Assembly (NCBI GenBank): GCA_002269645.1
Contig: NIVC01003837.1
Location: 1 to 64,000, forward strand
Direction of reading: 5' to 3'
Source: Macrostomum lignano
Lineage: Eukaryota
DNA length: 64,000 nucleotides
Position numbers and translations under genes: made by a program. A model generated the notes under the pieces. It ran no database searches and was not told where the DNA came from. It worked only from the letters and a program-made list of their open reading frames with translations. Each line of letters starts with the position of its first letter. The first letter of the stretch is position 1. Shown here one piece after another: positions 1-23,786 of this stretch.

Positions 1-909
1 ACATGTAATATGCATGTACGCTATTACATTCTGACATTTAAAACAATGAGGCAAAACATGTAATGGTACATGTAATAATTAATGCCGGAAGCAATCCTAA
101 AGGGGCGCCAATAGTATAAATGATGTCTAGGGTGGCTGCACCCTTCTCTCTTGCGGTGGGTGGGCGCTCGACCTCGACCTGTCCTATCTCTTGGAACCGC
201 CTCCTGTCACTTGGAGCGCCACCTGTCTCTTGCCCGGGTCCCCACTTGTCCGCGTCAAATGTCTATGGCCGGCATGGTATGGAAATTTCAGATCCGATTC
301 GCTCTTCTCATTAAGCTCCTTGAGCACCATCAGTTCAGGTTGATCACTACGTAAAACACGATTGACAATTTAGGGTTGTTTAATTCTATAATTCTGAGCC
401 GGAATCCTCGGTGCGATTTAATTATCCTCAAAAGTGAAATACTTTATACCATTACTGGCCTAAAAAAAAAACAGAATAATTCTGAAATTGCAACACAGCA
501 ATCGAATTTACACGAAAAAGATAACTCAAACAAATGAAACGATAGAAGGTCAGGTCAGCTGGGAAACATGTCCTGATAACAATATACATGTAACAGCCAC
601 CATCCAATTCTAAATACAAGACAAGGCAAGATGGCAATGGTAAATAGCATAGCAACCGAGGGGCTAGGCCGGCGGGTGCGCAGCAAGGCAGGGACTTCTG
701 CGATATTAACTTACCGGTAAATTTATATCGCAGAAGTTCCTGAGCAAAGGAGCAGAAAATTGAAAAGGACTCATAACTCACCTCCGCCAATCGCTCTAAC
801 TCAAACAAGGCAAAAGATGAGTCTATGAGAATTTCCCGCGCGAGTTTTTCCCGCTGCGAGTTTCTCCCGCTGCGAGTTTTGCCGCTGCGAGGTTTTCCCG
901 CCGACACAG

Positions 910-1255
910 CAACTGACACTCTGGGAAGCTGGCCCAGCAACTGAGGATCTGGAAGGCTATCCCAGCAACTGACACTCTGGGAGGCTGGCCCAGCAACTGA
1001 CACTCTGGGAGGCTGGCCCAGCAACTGACACTCTGGGAGGCTGGCCCAGCAACTGAGGATATGGGAGGCTAGCCCAGCAACTGAGGATCTGGGAGGCTGG
1101 CCCAGCAACTGAGGATCTGGGAGGCTGGCCCAGCAACTGAGGATCTGGGAGGCTGGCCCAGCAACTGAGGATCTGGGAGGCTGGCCCAGCAACTGAGGAT
1201 CTGGGAGGCTGGCCCAGCAACTGAGGATCTGGGAGGCTAGCTCAGCAACTGAGGG
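910..1255. repeat. 28-bp minisatellite (CTGGGAGGCTGGCCCAGCAACTGAGGAT), ~12 units
   Basis: Unit read directly. The same family recurs at 9177-9590 in the same orientation. Confidence 0.95.
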
Positions 1256-2153
1256 CTTTGGTTGTCAAGTCCTAGGCAGTGTGAAAAATCAAGCCCATTT
1301 GCTGTGACTCTTCTACACAAGCTTTGAGCCAAAGGGTGAGCACCGCTGAATATTTTAAGAATTGCAACCCCAACCCCAGCATGCATTTCAATTCGTTTTG
1401 CAAAAGAATTAATCTGCTGGGATTAAAACATTTTCAGTGGTTTAGTTTGTCTCTTCTATGCAGAGGTGTTTCTGAAAATCAAATCGAAATGTTGCTTGAT
1501 GCAGTCAAAAAATGAGGATTTAATAATTTTTCTTGTTTCGAAAGGCAGCAATATGACAGTGTGACAATTAGTTAGCAGTAGGGACACTACCGTTTTAACT
1601 GGTTGCTTTAGATTCTGCTGTACGTTGTAATTGTTTCGAGGTGTTCACTACTTAAGAAGCGTGTAAAGTAGTGTATTTGGTGCGCTGTACTATTTTTAGC
1701 TGGGTTTTAAAAGCTGATTTCTTTATTCATGCTAGGTTGCTTGTTTGATCACTAATTATTAGCAATAAAAATAGAGAGAAAAAGGCTTGAAATTTGAAAG
1801 CAATTGTCTGGTATTTCAGGCATGGCAGACTTACCTACCGGGCGTTCTTTTAGTCCATACATGTATTTTGACAAGCACTTCTGCAAGAAAAAACTTCCTT
1901 TTGTATTTACCTACTCTAAACTTCGAAAACTGATCTCATCTCGCATGGTCTCATTCTTGCACCTTCATCTACCTATCTTCTTTGTAAAGCTTTCAGTAAG
2001 GTCACCTTGCCCATTACTTCCACTGTTCCTACATAGAATATCCCCATCTCTACAAGCGACTTTCATGCCCCCAACGTGGAACTGCACACTCATGTTGGAG
2101 CTACATGCAAATTTCAATGTTTTTCTCGCATAGTCCGAAAATTTTCTACTAAG

Positions 2154-2870
2154 TTAGTTGAGACAGAACTTGACCCAGTCGGCGCTCGTCTCGATCTCCT
2201 CCTCCACCTGAGCGTCGGTGAACAGCAGCAGGCGGCAGGCTCTCAGCTTGCTGTTGTACAGCACGTGTCTGCAGTTTCCATTGCGCATGGCGGCCGCTGT
2301 GCACTCGATAGCGCTGCTCACGTCCGTCACGTCTTTGAAGCAGTACTTGGAGTTGTACTGCACTCGCTTGAACTCAGCGGCTCTCCAGATGGCGACAGAC
2401 GGCTTTCGGACGCTCGTCTCGCTAGCAAACTCGCAGACAAACCCGGCAGAGAAGCTGCAGGATGTGTCGGCAAGTCGGCCGGAGGTATCGGACAGTCGCA
2501 GGCAGTCGTCTCCGCTTGGCTCACCCGACTTGAACACGGAATTGTCCTCCGGAAGCTGTCCTCTGCCATTAACCCTCTGCCAGCCGGACCTGCTGTGGCC
2601 TCTTTCATCCGGCAGGTCGCTCACTCCAATCCACAGGTTGCAGTTGGCGCTCGGAATTTCGTTGCTAGCCAGCAGCTGCAGCGAGCTGTACGAGTTGACC
2701 AGCTCGCCCTTGATCGCGGCGCACTGCCGGTTGGCCTCGCACCAGCTGTGACTCTGAGCTGTGCTCACGAACAGGCATTTTTCTGCCTCGAGTTTGAATG
2801 GAGCTGGGCACGGTTGAGCCCATAGCAACACAGGCTGGCTGCACAGGTAGAACAGGAGCAGTAGGAGCAT
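2154..2870 (-). CDS. Secreted C-type lectin domain protein with C-terminal PAN/apple-like module (copy 1, intact, intronless, 238 aa)
   Basis: Signal peptide MLLLLLFYLCSQPVLLWA. CTLD signature: CP..F....C, W.EA...C....GELV, LWIGVSD, GEPS..DC, D..C...FVCE. Tail SAIECTAAAMRNGNCRHVLYNSKLRACRL resembles PAN/apple Cys spacing. Confidence 0.85.
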   Translation of the reverse strand: MLLLLLFYLCSQPVLLWAQPCPAPFKLEAEKCLFVSTAQSHSWCEANRQCAAIKGELVNSYSSLQLLASNEIPSANCNLWIGVSDLPDERGHSRSGWQRVNGRGQLPEDNSVFKSGEPSGDDCLRLSDTSGRLADTSCSFSAGFVCEFASETSVRKPSVAIWRAAEFKRVQYNSKYCFKDVTDVSSAIECTAAAMRNGNCRHVLYNSKLRACRLLLFTDAQVEEEIETSADWVKFCLN

Positions 2871-3484
2871 TTGCTTGACAAGCCAAATTTTTTAACGATT
2901 CTGCGAGAGGCTGAGCAAGCCTGGCGCTAATCGCATCTTTGCCTGTCGCTTTATATGCGCAGAATTCCGGGGCAAAATTCCTAACTAGCTAATTAGGCAG
3001 GTAAAAAGGAGGCTTCTAGCATGCGCATGGTGGAGTTTTTCATATATTGGAAGCCCCTTAAACATGAATGGCAATTGTTTGCAGAGGTTGTGTCTGGTTT
3101 GATTTCTAGTTCTCCCCTTCTTGGAAGAACTCAAATCTGCTGCGAAACTTTCACACGAGACTCGGCTTAAATTAGGCGCTCATCATTAGAAAAAATACCT
3201 TGACAAGCCTCGAAGTCTAAAATGTCTTTTGTAGCACAATGGGCTCATGAAACTCAGCCAGTTGGCCATGAGAACAGAAACATCAGTCATACAGTTCAAC
3301 AGAACAAACAGGCCCTGTTAAATGACTCAGACGATAACACAGTTCGTTTAATTTGCTTGATCGAATGCCAGAGAATAGACCGAACCACAGAGCTTGTGTT
3401 TTATTCATCTTAACAGGAAAAATTGTTTCTGTGTTAGAGGACCATTCCAAATCGATTTCTTGCACTGTCAAAAGTTTCTTCAAT

Positions 3485-4231
3485 TCAGTTGAGTCGGTAC
3501 TTGACCCAGTCGGCGCTCGTCTCGATCTCGCCTCCACCTGAGCGTCGGTGAACAGCAGCAGGCGGCAGGTTCTCAGCTTGCTGTTGTACAGCACGTGTCT
3601 GCAGTTTCCATTTTGCATGGCGGCCGCTGTGCACTCCACAGCGCTGCTCAGGTCCGTCACGCTGGTGAAGCAGTAGTCGGAGTTGTACTGCATGCGCTTG
3701 AAATTATCACGCATCCAAAAGCCAGAAGTCGATGTCCATGTAGTCGGCTCGTTAGAAAACTCGCAGACAAAACCGAAGCGAGAGTTGCAGATCCGTCAGC
3801 AGGCCTATACGAGTATCTTTTAAGCTGCGTAGGCAGTTGTCCCCACTTGGCTCGCCTGGATAGAACAAAATTTGGTCTACCGGAAGCAGGCCTTTGCCAT
3901 TTATCTCTATGCCAGCCAGCCCTGCTAGTGCCTTTCTCATCTGCCAGGTCGCTCAGTCCGACCCACAACTGGCATTCGCGGTCAACACTTGAAATTTTTG
4001 AAGAACCACCAGCTTCACGGACTCGTGCGAGTTGACCAACTCACCACCCATTGAGGCACAGATACGGTTGGCCTCGCACCATGTGTAGCTGTGCGCTGTG
4101 TTGACGAACACGCACTTGCCCGCCTCGAGGTAGAATGGAGAAGGACACGACAGCAGAGCAAGCAGTGGAGGCAGAGATCCAAGGCAAACCGCCAAGACGA
4201 CAGCAGCCAAAGTAGTGGTACGAACCGTCAT
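3485..4231 (-). pseudogene. C-type lectin + PAN-like paralog (copy 2) broken by several frameshifts (pseudogene or consensus indel errors)
   Basis: Signal peptide and CPSPFYLEAGKC...WCEANRIC in ORF 3953-4231. LWVGLSDLADE, GEPSGDNC and NSDYCF...CRLLLFTDAQV lie in different frames. The 3' end restores to ...ETSADWVKYRLN* (TGA 3485-3487) after a 1-nt correction. Confidence 0.75.
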
Positions 4232-4691
4232 GCCAGGACTTAGCGCGAAATCGAAATTTCATCAGTCTCATCTTGCTTTATTTATAACTTTATTCAAATG
4301 CAGTTACTCCCTTCTTACCGCGCGAATTGTTTAAGAAAAGCCTTCTCGCTAGGCGTCTGTGTCTGTGTATTGCGTCGGTCGAAGCAACTTCCTAGCAAAA
4401 AACAATGCTTTTTCCGTTTGCAGCATCATCGATCGCATCAACTTCTATCCAGTAGAGACCAAAAATCCTGCCATTGTTGCATCCCAGCAAGTCTTCCGTT
4501 GTCTTCTTTTTTCTTTCTTCCTTCCTGTCAAATTCCCTATAGTTTGGGAGGCAGTTCCCAACTGTGACTAGTAAAACTCGAGTAAGTTTGTATGCGATAA
4601 GAAGATGACTTTGCCCATATGATTCTCCTCGTGCCTCCGAGCGGTTTGACAAAGCAACATCGACTGCATTCCAAGGCTTCCCTGAAAAAAT

Positions 4692-4980
4692 GGGTTGTAG
4701 CCTTGTGATTAGAGCCTCGACTCACGACTGAAAGGTCGAGGGTTCGATTCTCGACTCACTACGAGCAATTTGTATCCTTGAGCAAGACGCTTAGCTCTGA
4801 ATTGCTTCAGTTCACCCAGCTGTAAAATGGGTGCCAGCATTAGCGAGGCGACCTTCCAGTCCTTGGACTGAACAGCCGTACGCAGCCTTCAGATGCGCCG
4901 CGCAATAGCTGCGGCTGAGCTGTCGGTTGCACATCTGCCTATTGAGGCAGCTGGGTGTGTAATCAAATTTTATTATTATT
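4692..4980 (+). mobile_element. tRNA-derived SINE with CORE/Meta-like central domain
   Basis: A-box-like TAGCCTTGTGATTAGAGC and B-box GGTTCGATTC. These are followed by CCTTGAGCAAGACGCTTA...TTCACCCAGCTGTAAAATGGG (similar to conserved SINE central domains). It ends in a (TAT)n tail. Confidence 0.75.
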
Positions 4981-7356
4981 ACTGGAACCGACAAGGACTC
5001 GCGGTATGACTGAGACGAACGAAAAAACGCAACGTATGTCTTAATTCCACTCACTTCGCCTTACTTTGGGATTCAAAAGGCCCAGATTACTTCAATCGTC
5101 CTTGTACTGATCCCACCCACTTGAAGACCAATTATGTATATACATATATTTTGAGGCCAATATTTAAAAACACTGACGATTATTTGGCCCGTAAGTCACA
5201 AATCCTACAGCACCTCATCAAATAAATTTTATGATGTCTAGAAACACCAAGACATCTTTATGTCTAAGCCACCTTGTCCTTGCAGTTTGGATAATGTGAA
5301 TGTAAATTATTAACCAAAGGTCGCGCATAATCTTCCAGGATATCACATGCACGATAGCTAAGAGCTTTCATGCTCTACATGTAACTTCTGCCATTATTAT
5401 ACATGTAGATATCTGTCTGACTCTGATCGAGCTGCAGATGTCTAAACATACAAATTTGTACACGCCCGCATAATTCAGTGTTGAAAACGCAAGTTCATTT
5501 CAAACTTGTTAAAGCAGCTACAGTAACAACTACAACAGGAAGGGTGACATGATCACACACAAAAGCGTAATACATGCACATGCACATGTATATATAAAGC
5601 GACATGAAAAGTTTTATTGTTTGTATTTTCAAGCGAAATGAAAGCATTCCTTGCCATGGATGAGCAGAGCTAGAAATTACCTATATAATTGATGCACTGC
5701 ATATGCACTGCAAACTAACAAATAATACGAGGTTATGTGCGCAAGTGCTAGTAACTACTAGCTGTAGGCAATGTACCGCATGCAGATAATATGTAATATC
5801 ACATATTTTGAAACACTATATATTATAACGCGCGCAATCAGACAATCTGAAAAAATACACTAAGCATTAGCTACTACTCACAGCCATATCGTTGGTTGTA
5901 TATGAAGCGTAGAGATGTTATGATCGCGTCAAAAAAATACAATGTCGCAATTGTTATCGAGTTATTTTTCATAAAAAACCTGTTTTCAAATCAAGCAGAT
6001 CGACAAAATCAGTTTGTAGGAGTGCAGATTACAGTGTGTGCAGACTGCTATTTTACGAGTAATAGGCATACATAATATAAAATAGTTGTATTTTCATTAT
6101 CAGCCAAAAACATTAATTACAGTTTTAATACGGAGTCGTTTCAGGATTTTACAAGTTGATGCAGATTTTATATATTACACAAAGTTTGTTTAAATTTGAA
6201 TTGTCTGAAAAAAATGAGCTTACACTCACGCTTGAATCTGAATCTTTCTGAAAAGTTAACGCCTGTTAGAAAAAATACACAACATATAGCTTTCAGAGAA
6301 CAAACTGTCGATATGCTCAAGCGTGAAATCTTCCGGCTTTAGTAATCAGTAACGAAGTAATTACTAATTTCTATTTAAGCAAAAAAGTTAATCAAAGAAT
6401 CTGTATCACAGTCGCAAATAATTCTGAGAGAGGGTAGTTAAAAAACAAACTAAAAATAAATTTAAGTTTTAAACTGTACGGAAGAGTATAGCTGGAATGT
6501 TTGCGTTTGAAGAGTTAATCACAAAATAATTTTGATAAAAATATCAACTTTAATTTAACATAACAAATTCAGCTCTTTATTGCTGAATTAAGGCATTAAC
6601 TGCAGGCATAGATAAAATATCCCGATTTTGAGTAAATATTTTTGTGGGTGGCACTGAGAGTTGCTTAGTAAACAACTAAACAACTAAGTTTGGCGGGGCG
6701 CTTTAATATCTGTTTTTGGAATTGGAATGAAGTCGAATTAAAATTGGGCACAGCAATTCAGCGTGTGAAAGAGTTCTTAAGAGAAATTGCTACATAAATA
6801 GCTGAAATTTTAATTTAGATATTCAAAAGGCATCATTGAGTGACCTTGGCTCCTTTTAGCTACGAGCATAAAAGGTAACAAAATGAGAATAAAGCATTTA
6901 AAATCACCTATAAACTTATTTCAACAATGCTCAATGAAAGCGATTAACTGAAATTTCCTTCACCTGCATATAGCACTGCTCTAGCCAAATCCTTGTTTGA
7001 AAGAAAAGTCGAAAAGTTGCAATGTAAATTAAAACAAAACAATCTCGAAGGAAAAGTACACAATTGTATGAAACCCGGAAAAGATTTTTAAACGAGTTGA
7101 AATATTTCGTTAACAGTTAGCGCCGGGCGAGGCCAGACAATAAACAATTGGCAATGAAACAAAAGAGCTACTTAGCGAAGCGAAATATTTAAATACGACG
7201 TATATAAATAAGCAAATAAAGCAACGCCAATCAAATAAAAAATTGAGCCGGCTAAAAGCAGCAGAGAGGACAAATACAAAAAAACCGACGTAGGTTTGCA
7301 TTTCCATGATAAAAAACAGCCAGTGTTTTTTGAAAAAAGCAAATTTAAAACGAAAA

Positions 7357-18764
<11,408 letters not shown>

Positions 18765-19136
18765 TTTGGTCGGGCTTTATGTAAATTAACCCCGAAAGCC
18801 GGAGCGAAGGCAGTTCGGTTGAGTCGACTTTATAATTAGTGCTCAGGTAGGTATATTTAAGGCGTGCCGCAATGACGCAGTGAAAAATTCCTTTGAGACC
18901 AGTTGCGATAAAAAGATAGAGAGATTCTAAGAAAGTCTCGTTTCAAACTGTGACCCTGCGAAGATACGCTGAACTTCTGCTTTGGAAGAAAGAAAATGTA
19001 TTTATTTTCTTACCTGCGTTCAACAGAGATCGGAGCTATATAGAAAAATCAGAGACTGCTTAGGGAAACCGGATTGTTCTTTTCTCTCGTTTCAAACATG
19101 ACCTTATTTGAGGCTAATACAGAGATTCGCCGCTTC

Positions 19137-19190
<54 letters not shown>

Positions 19191-20093
19191 TAAATGCACA
19201 CAGTCTTGCTTTGGTGGGGACTCGAAGCTCTGTTGCTTGTACACGTGCGTACCTTCTCTCTTGAGAAAATAAAGAATTCAACGCACAAAACAAATTGCGC
19301 AGTATGGCAAAAATGACGAATAGAAAGCCCCCCCCCGACTGGTGGTCGAATAGTCAGAGAAAATAGGAATTAAAATGAGCTGCAGGTGGCTGTGTTGCTG
19401 TGCCCCACTGCCCCACTCCTGTGCCTTGGCCGACTATGGCTGGCACCGAGTATGCATGCCCCCCCCCCCAGGTTGCCTTACCTGTTTGAAACGAGTGGCA
19501 TCATTATTAGCGAACTCTACCTCTCTGACCCACCTCTCACTGTCCCTGTCTATCCTCTGCGTTATTCCTATTTGGCATTTCTTCTGCTTGACAGCTCATT
19601 TCTGACCTTCCTGTTCTCTTGGACACATAGCTTCTGTTCTGCTCTGTATAAACAGTATGCCGAGTACGTGCACGGGGTTCTGGGGTGTATAAATTGGATG
19701 GAGAGTTACCTAATGCTGGAACTGCACATACAAAAATAAGGGCAAACACACGCAAAATGGCATACATTGATTAAATAAACAGTCTACTTATTAGCTTACC
19801 GAATTTCCTCCTTGATTTCCTCAATAGAAAAGCATTAAAGCAGACAACACGGGATGGAAGTCATCAGGACAAAAATCAGCAAAACAGTTATAGTTAAGAT
19901 AAACAAAAAAACAAAAACAACAAGGAGTGACGACACAATTCATAGACATTAAAATTGTTTAAGGAAAAAGGTGGGCAAACAAAAATTTAATTGAATACCT
20001 GCAACTGCTGAGAATTCTAGCTATAATCCCACCACAAACTCAACCAAAACCAGCAAAACTGAAGCATACAGATGCCGAACAACATTTATTTGT

Positions 20094-21692
20094 TTAAATA
20101 TCGGGTCTACTCAATATTGGGCAGAACCGCATTGAGGCGTCTCGCACTGCTCTCTGGCTTACCTTCGCGTGATGTCGGAACGCCGTTGCTGCTTCCTCAG
20201 CTGCTTCATTGCTGGCTCCGAGGCCAACAGTGCTGAGCTCGTCATAGCTAAAATATCTGGTCATCTTTGCTTTCAGATTCTCTTCCTCAAATGTGGGAAT
20301 AGATGCCTCCTTCTTAGGCCTTGTGCTAACAGTAAGGTCTTCTGCGGCATCGAACGTGGCCAGGATGGTTGGATTCTCGTAGCTAAATATGAAATCGCTA
20401 GACTTATTCCTGGTCAGCTGCTGCTCCTTTGACTTGGGCTTCTTCAATATTGACTTCGGCTTCTTCATAGCAGCAACTTGGCTGGCGCTGGGGCTGGAAC
20501 CCACTGGGTCCGAGTACAACGACGAGTTGAGGTCGGAGGCCCTGTCAATGTCGATTGACATGCCGTCGTCGGCGCTGGGATCGATGTACCTGCCCGACTC
20601 CGACTTTGAAACCGTTCGAATAGGAATTCTGCGACCGTAAATATCCTGCGAGGACAGCTGCTGCTGGGTGTCCGACATCGCCTGCTGACTGTGATAAGAT
20701 CCATCGCTTGACTGTCTGGAGTGCTGGTGCTGATGACCGGACTTCTTCGGCAGAGTGGTGTAGTCGCCGGCTCCCCGCTGCGCCCTCTGCTGCTTCAGCT
20801 GCTCATCTGAGATGTACATGTAGTCCGAGCCTCTGCCGTGAGACTTCGGTGCTGCAGCTGCCAACTGTTCAGCCTTGCTCCTGCTTCTCTCCGGATCCTC
20901 TTTGGTCACCTCAACGAAGGTGCTGCCAAAGCTCGGCCGCTTTTGCACCCGAGGCCTTCGATGCAGTGAACTCGAAGAGCTGCTCTCGTTGCTGCTGGTT
21001 CGTCTCACGCTGCTGGATGACTCCTGAGTCGGCTTCCGGCTCGGCATTGGGGCCGTCTCCACGAATAGCTTGCCCTGCTTGATCTCGATAGCTTTCACGA
21101 TCGGCTGATAGGTGTCCTCTTGTATCGCCTTCCTGTGCCGTGGAGCCTGCGGCTGCGCCACGTTGGCCGTAGATTTGGACAGGTGGCTGCCCAGACTCTG
21201 CTTTGACAATTGACCGTGCGCAGCGCTTGTGTCCAGCACGTAGTAGTGCTTCGCCGCCTCCTTCTTTGGCGACTCGTAGCTTCTTTGTTGCGTTCGAGAG
21301 CTGTGCTTTGAATTGTAGGCGTCAAGCGTGCTCGGGGGGTGCTGCATGCGCCTGCTGCTGCTGCTGCTGTTGCTTCCGATGCTACCGGAATCCATCAGTA
21401 CCTGCGATGATGTACTCTTTTTCAGTATGGATTGAAGCGGCTTCTCCTGCTGATGATCTTTGGCGTGGAATGTCTTTTTTGACTTCATGACCCGGTTTGA
21501 AATCATGTGACCGCCGAAGCCCAGCTCCGAGCTGCACACATAGTCGCTCTCTTGCTGCTGCGGAGGCTTCAGTTGACTTTTTGGACGGTACTCTTTCGGC
21601 GTCTCTTGCGTACGGGCACTTGCTTCGCATGTTTGCTCTTGATCGCCAAAAGTAAGATCCGATAAAGAAGAGGATCTAGCAAACTTTATCAT
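20094..21692 (-). CDS. Intronless 532-aa Ser/Gln/Lys-rich, probably disordered protein of unknown function
   Basis: Long ATG-started ORF with GC-rich coding composition against AT-rich flanks. AATAAA lies just after the stop codon. No recognisable domain. Two SILKK motifs. Confidence 0.7.
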   Translation of the reverse strand: MIKFARSSSLSDLTFGDQEQTCEASARTQETPKEYRPKSQLKPPQQQESDYVCSSELGFGGHMISNRVMKSKKTFHAKDHQQEKPLQSILKKSTSSQVLMDSGSIGSNSSSSSRRMQHPPSTLDAYNSKHSSRTQQRSYESPKKEAAKHYYVLDTSAAHGQLSKQSLGSHLSKSTANVAQPQAPRHRKAIQEDTYQPIVKAIEIKQGKLFVETAPMPSRKPTQESSSSVRRTSSNESSSSSSLHRRPRVQKRPSFGSTFVEVTKEDPERSRSKAEQLAAAAPKSHGRGSDYMYISDEQLKQQRAQRGAGDYTTLPKKSGHQHQHSRQSSDGSYHSQQAMSDTQQQLSSQDIYGRRIPIRTVSKSESGRYIDPSADDGMSIDIDRASDLNSSLYSDPVGSSPSASQVAAMKKPKSILKKPKSKEQQLTRNKSSDFIFSYENPTILATFDAAEDLTVSTRPKKEASIPTFEEENLKAKMTRYFSYDELSTVGLGASNEAAEEAATAFRHHAKVSQRAVRDASMRFCPILSRPDI

Positions 21693-23526
21693 TCCAACAG
21701 CGACTAAGCTTATACGGCCACTCTATAAATCTCATAAACGATAATAGTTCTATTGCTACCATAAACACAAAAAATAAGCTCTACTAAGAAAAATTAATAG
21801 CTTACTTTTGTCAAGTTATGCCTTGCTAGTTTATAGGACTAAATGTGAAAAAATTTATACAAAAGTGACATGCAAGCAAGGCGCGCAAAGTCTCTTTTAT
21901 AGAAGCAAAAGCAATAATTGCGCGGTGAGGCAAGAAATACTCCTATCTGTGGGTGACTTACTCAATTATTTGAGCCAGCGCACGTCCGAACGATGAGTCA
22001 TCAGCTTCGCCATTTCTGATTGTTCCCTAAAGCAAAGCCTAAAATGTACATTGGCTGTGTAGAAAAAGTTCATACAATGGTATTAGGAAGTTTATTATAC
22101 AGAAGACGGATCAGTTAGAATATTTATTTTCATTGTTAAAAGGTTCAAATTTACAGCAACTATTTAACTGTGTAATTTCTTTGATAAATATTAGTTATAC
22201 ATATGGAAAAAATCAAAAAATCGAAATTCTTCGAAACCAACAAAAACTACACGTGCCTTTTGTTCAAGAACTTTCCGCTGTGTCATCTCTGACTTTAAAT
22301 TTGTAACTATAGTTGGTACATGTATAAGTCTGCAATAAATGCGTTGTAAGAGGCTTTTTAATTTGCTAAGCATGCATACAGAAGCATACATTTTTATTGT
22401 TAGCTATTAAGATATTAATAAAATAATAATAATAAAATAATAATAAAATACAGAGTAATAAAATACAGCAGAAATAATAAAATAAATAAAACATAATCTA
22501 AATAGATATTTGATTCAGTATGCTGTATACCCTATATTCTAAAGGCTAAACTAATAGTTAACAAGAATTCATTGTATTTTTACTTCTCATCCATCAAAGT
22601 TCAAAGCAGAAAAGTTTTATACTTACTAAATATGAGAATTTAGCCTGCTAGATAATTAATCTTCAGTTATTTGTCACCTCGAATTTATTAGGGACCTACT
22701 ATGGATGTCAATAATTCTAGTGCATCTGTATTTATTTTATATATTTTTTGCAGATAATTAAGCATATTTATGACAGATGCTCTCTAAAAGTCAATTTTTT
22801 ATGTCTTGGTCAGATTATTTGAAGTAATAGTTTTCTAAATTGGATCAGACTTAAAAATTGCATTGTCTGTTTTTTAATTTTTCTGCAATAAAGCATGTAA
22901 TAGCATGCAATAAAACATAAAGGATGTATGGGGGAATAATACAAGGGAATTTTTTTATTGATGCATTAGAGTTTATTCTTTTGCTATGCCTATAGTAAGC
23001 TAACTAGTATATGAGGATACCAATAGTTATTAGGTGTTAAAAATGAAGGTTAATTTGGAATTTAAAATTCATTGCATAGAAATTATCATTTAGTTTTTGA
23101 ATTAGTTTCGACGACGCAGTTTAAGCACCTGAGATGTACAGCGCAGTCTCTAAATAGAGACAAGCAGCCACTGGGTAGAGAGGACTAAAAGAGAGCCATA
23201 GCCTGCCTGTGCTCTTAAGTTGAAGTAATTTCAGTGTTTGCAACAATAACGCTTGCTTATATTGTGTGCATCTTTTCGAGTTGCCACTCAACTGTAAATA
23301 GTTTTTTATGCAAAAACTGTTCTCATTTGATGAATAAGAAGTACAGTTCGCTTGAGCCCTAACAAATTCACTGCGGTTTTACAACTTTAAAAAAAGTTTT
23401 TTAGCAATATTTGCAAAGCTTACTTAGAGTAGCTAGAGTGCATATAACAAGTTTATTTTCGTCCTGATGAGTAAAACCTATTGTAAGGATTTTACTGAAT
23501 TGCTGCTTTCAAACTTTGGCGCCGTA

Positions 23527-23786
23527 CAGGGGCGTCGCCACCGGGGGGGACAGGGGGCAATGCTTTGTCCCCCCACCCCATCTTTATTGACCTGCTATGC
23601 AAATCAATAATTTTGCTGCTTCAGGGCGACAAACATAGCGCATGCAGCGCTAAAATGAGTGCCTGCGGCGCTGACAACACCGATTCTCAGAAAAAATGTA
23701 CATGTAGAAATTTATTCATGTACATGTACGTCGTAAAATTCATTGCTTTGTGTCCCCCCAACAAAAAACCATGGCGACACCCCCTG
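23527..23786. mobile_element. MITE with CAGGGG...CCCCTG termini (hAT-like)
   Basis: Imperfect TIR CAGGGGCGTCGCCA / TGGCGACACCCCCTG. The internal segment ATGAGTGCCTGCGGCGCTGACAACA also occurs at ~41560-41630. The TSD is not clean. Confidence 0.65.

Noticed and set aside
2076-2825. Long antisense ORFs over lectin, Shank and UBA1 exons (e.g. 2076-2825, 8027-8500, 58072-58674, 62247-63002)
   Set aside because: Shadow ORFs expected opposite GC-rich coding sequence.
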